Positions 63,891 through 64,000 of a stretch of DNA of 64,000 nucleotides are shown piece by piece; position 1 is the stretch's first letter; the number at the start of each line of letters is the position of its first letter. This DNA comes from Vulcanimicrobiota bacterium (lineage in GTDB: Bacteria > Vulcanimicrobiota > Xenobia > Xenobiales > JADMJV01). The notes under the pieces were generated by a model, which worked only from the letters and a program-made list of their open reading frames with translations, did not search any database and was not told the origin of the DNA. The stretch covers positions 654,934-718,933 of the forward strand of contig JBFWNU010000004.1 in NCBI GenBank assembly GCA_050250895.1. Direction: 5' to 3'. The position numbers were made by a program, and so were the translations under genes.

Positions 63891-64000
63891 TTAACTCGAA
63901 ACTCGCTGCCGAATCTGATCGAGTTCATCGGCGCCAATGCCTAGTTTGACCGCCAGCGTCCCGAGATACTTCATCTCGCCATCGTCGAGATGCCCATCGG
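63891..64000 (-). CDS. TerB-like protein, C-terminal fragment
   Basis: DGHLDDGEMKYL..LA..LG before TAA. Confidence 0.6.
   Translation of the reverse strand, partial: DGHLDDGEMKYLGTLAVKLGIGADELDQIRQRVSS

Overview
GC-rich bacterial chromosomal window (roughly 65% GC by eye) with no integrase, transposase or phage core genes. The gene style suggests Candidatus Eremiobacterota/Vulcanimicrobiota (class Xenobia), but this is inference only. Recognisable loci: a PAS histidine kinase, a pilC/minor-pilin operon, addBA coupled to an IDO-like heme enzyme-cNMP fusion, an HNH nuclease, a Met-rich metal RND efflux operon (Cys-rich leader peptide; permease fused to TolC), tRNA-Gly, a tRNA-like relic, a candidate sRNA, several internally deleted pseudogenes, and two tandem arrays built on a CTTCC-N4-GGAAG palindrome. 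The most notable signal is a dispersed candidate regulon. Six unrelated genes without signal peptides share one exactly spaced promoter (TTCAG-like-N6-TTCAG-like-N10-TAnnnT, mostly leaderless), and two more match it weakly. Four unrelated proteins end in the same ungapped ~19-residue C-terminal motif, and all four lie behind such a promoter (three strongly, one weakly). Together these suggest an undescribed co-regulated export or sorting system. All family assignments come from motif recognition, not database searches.
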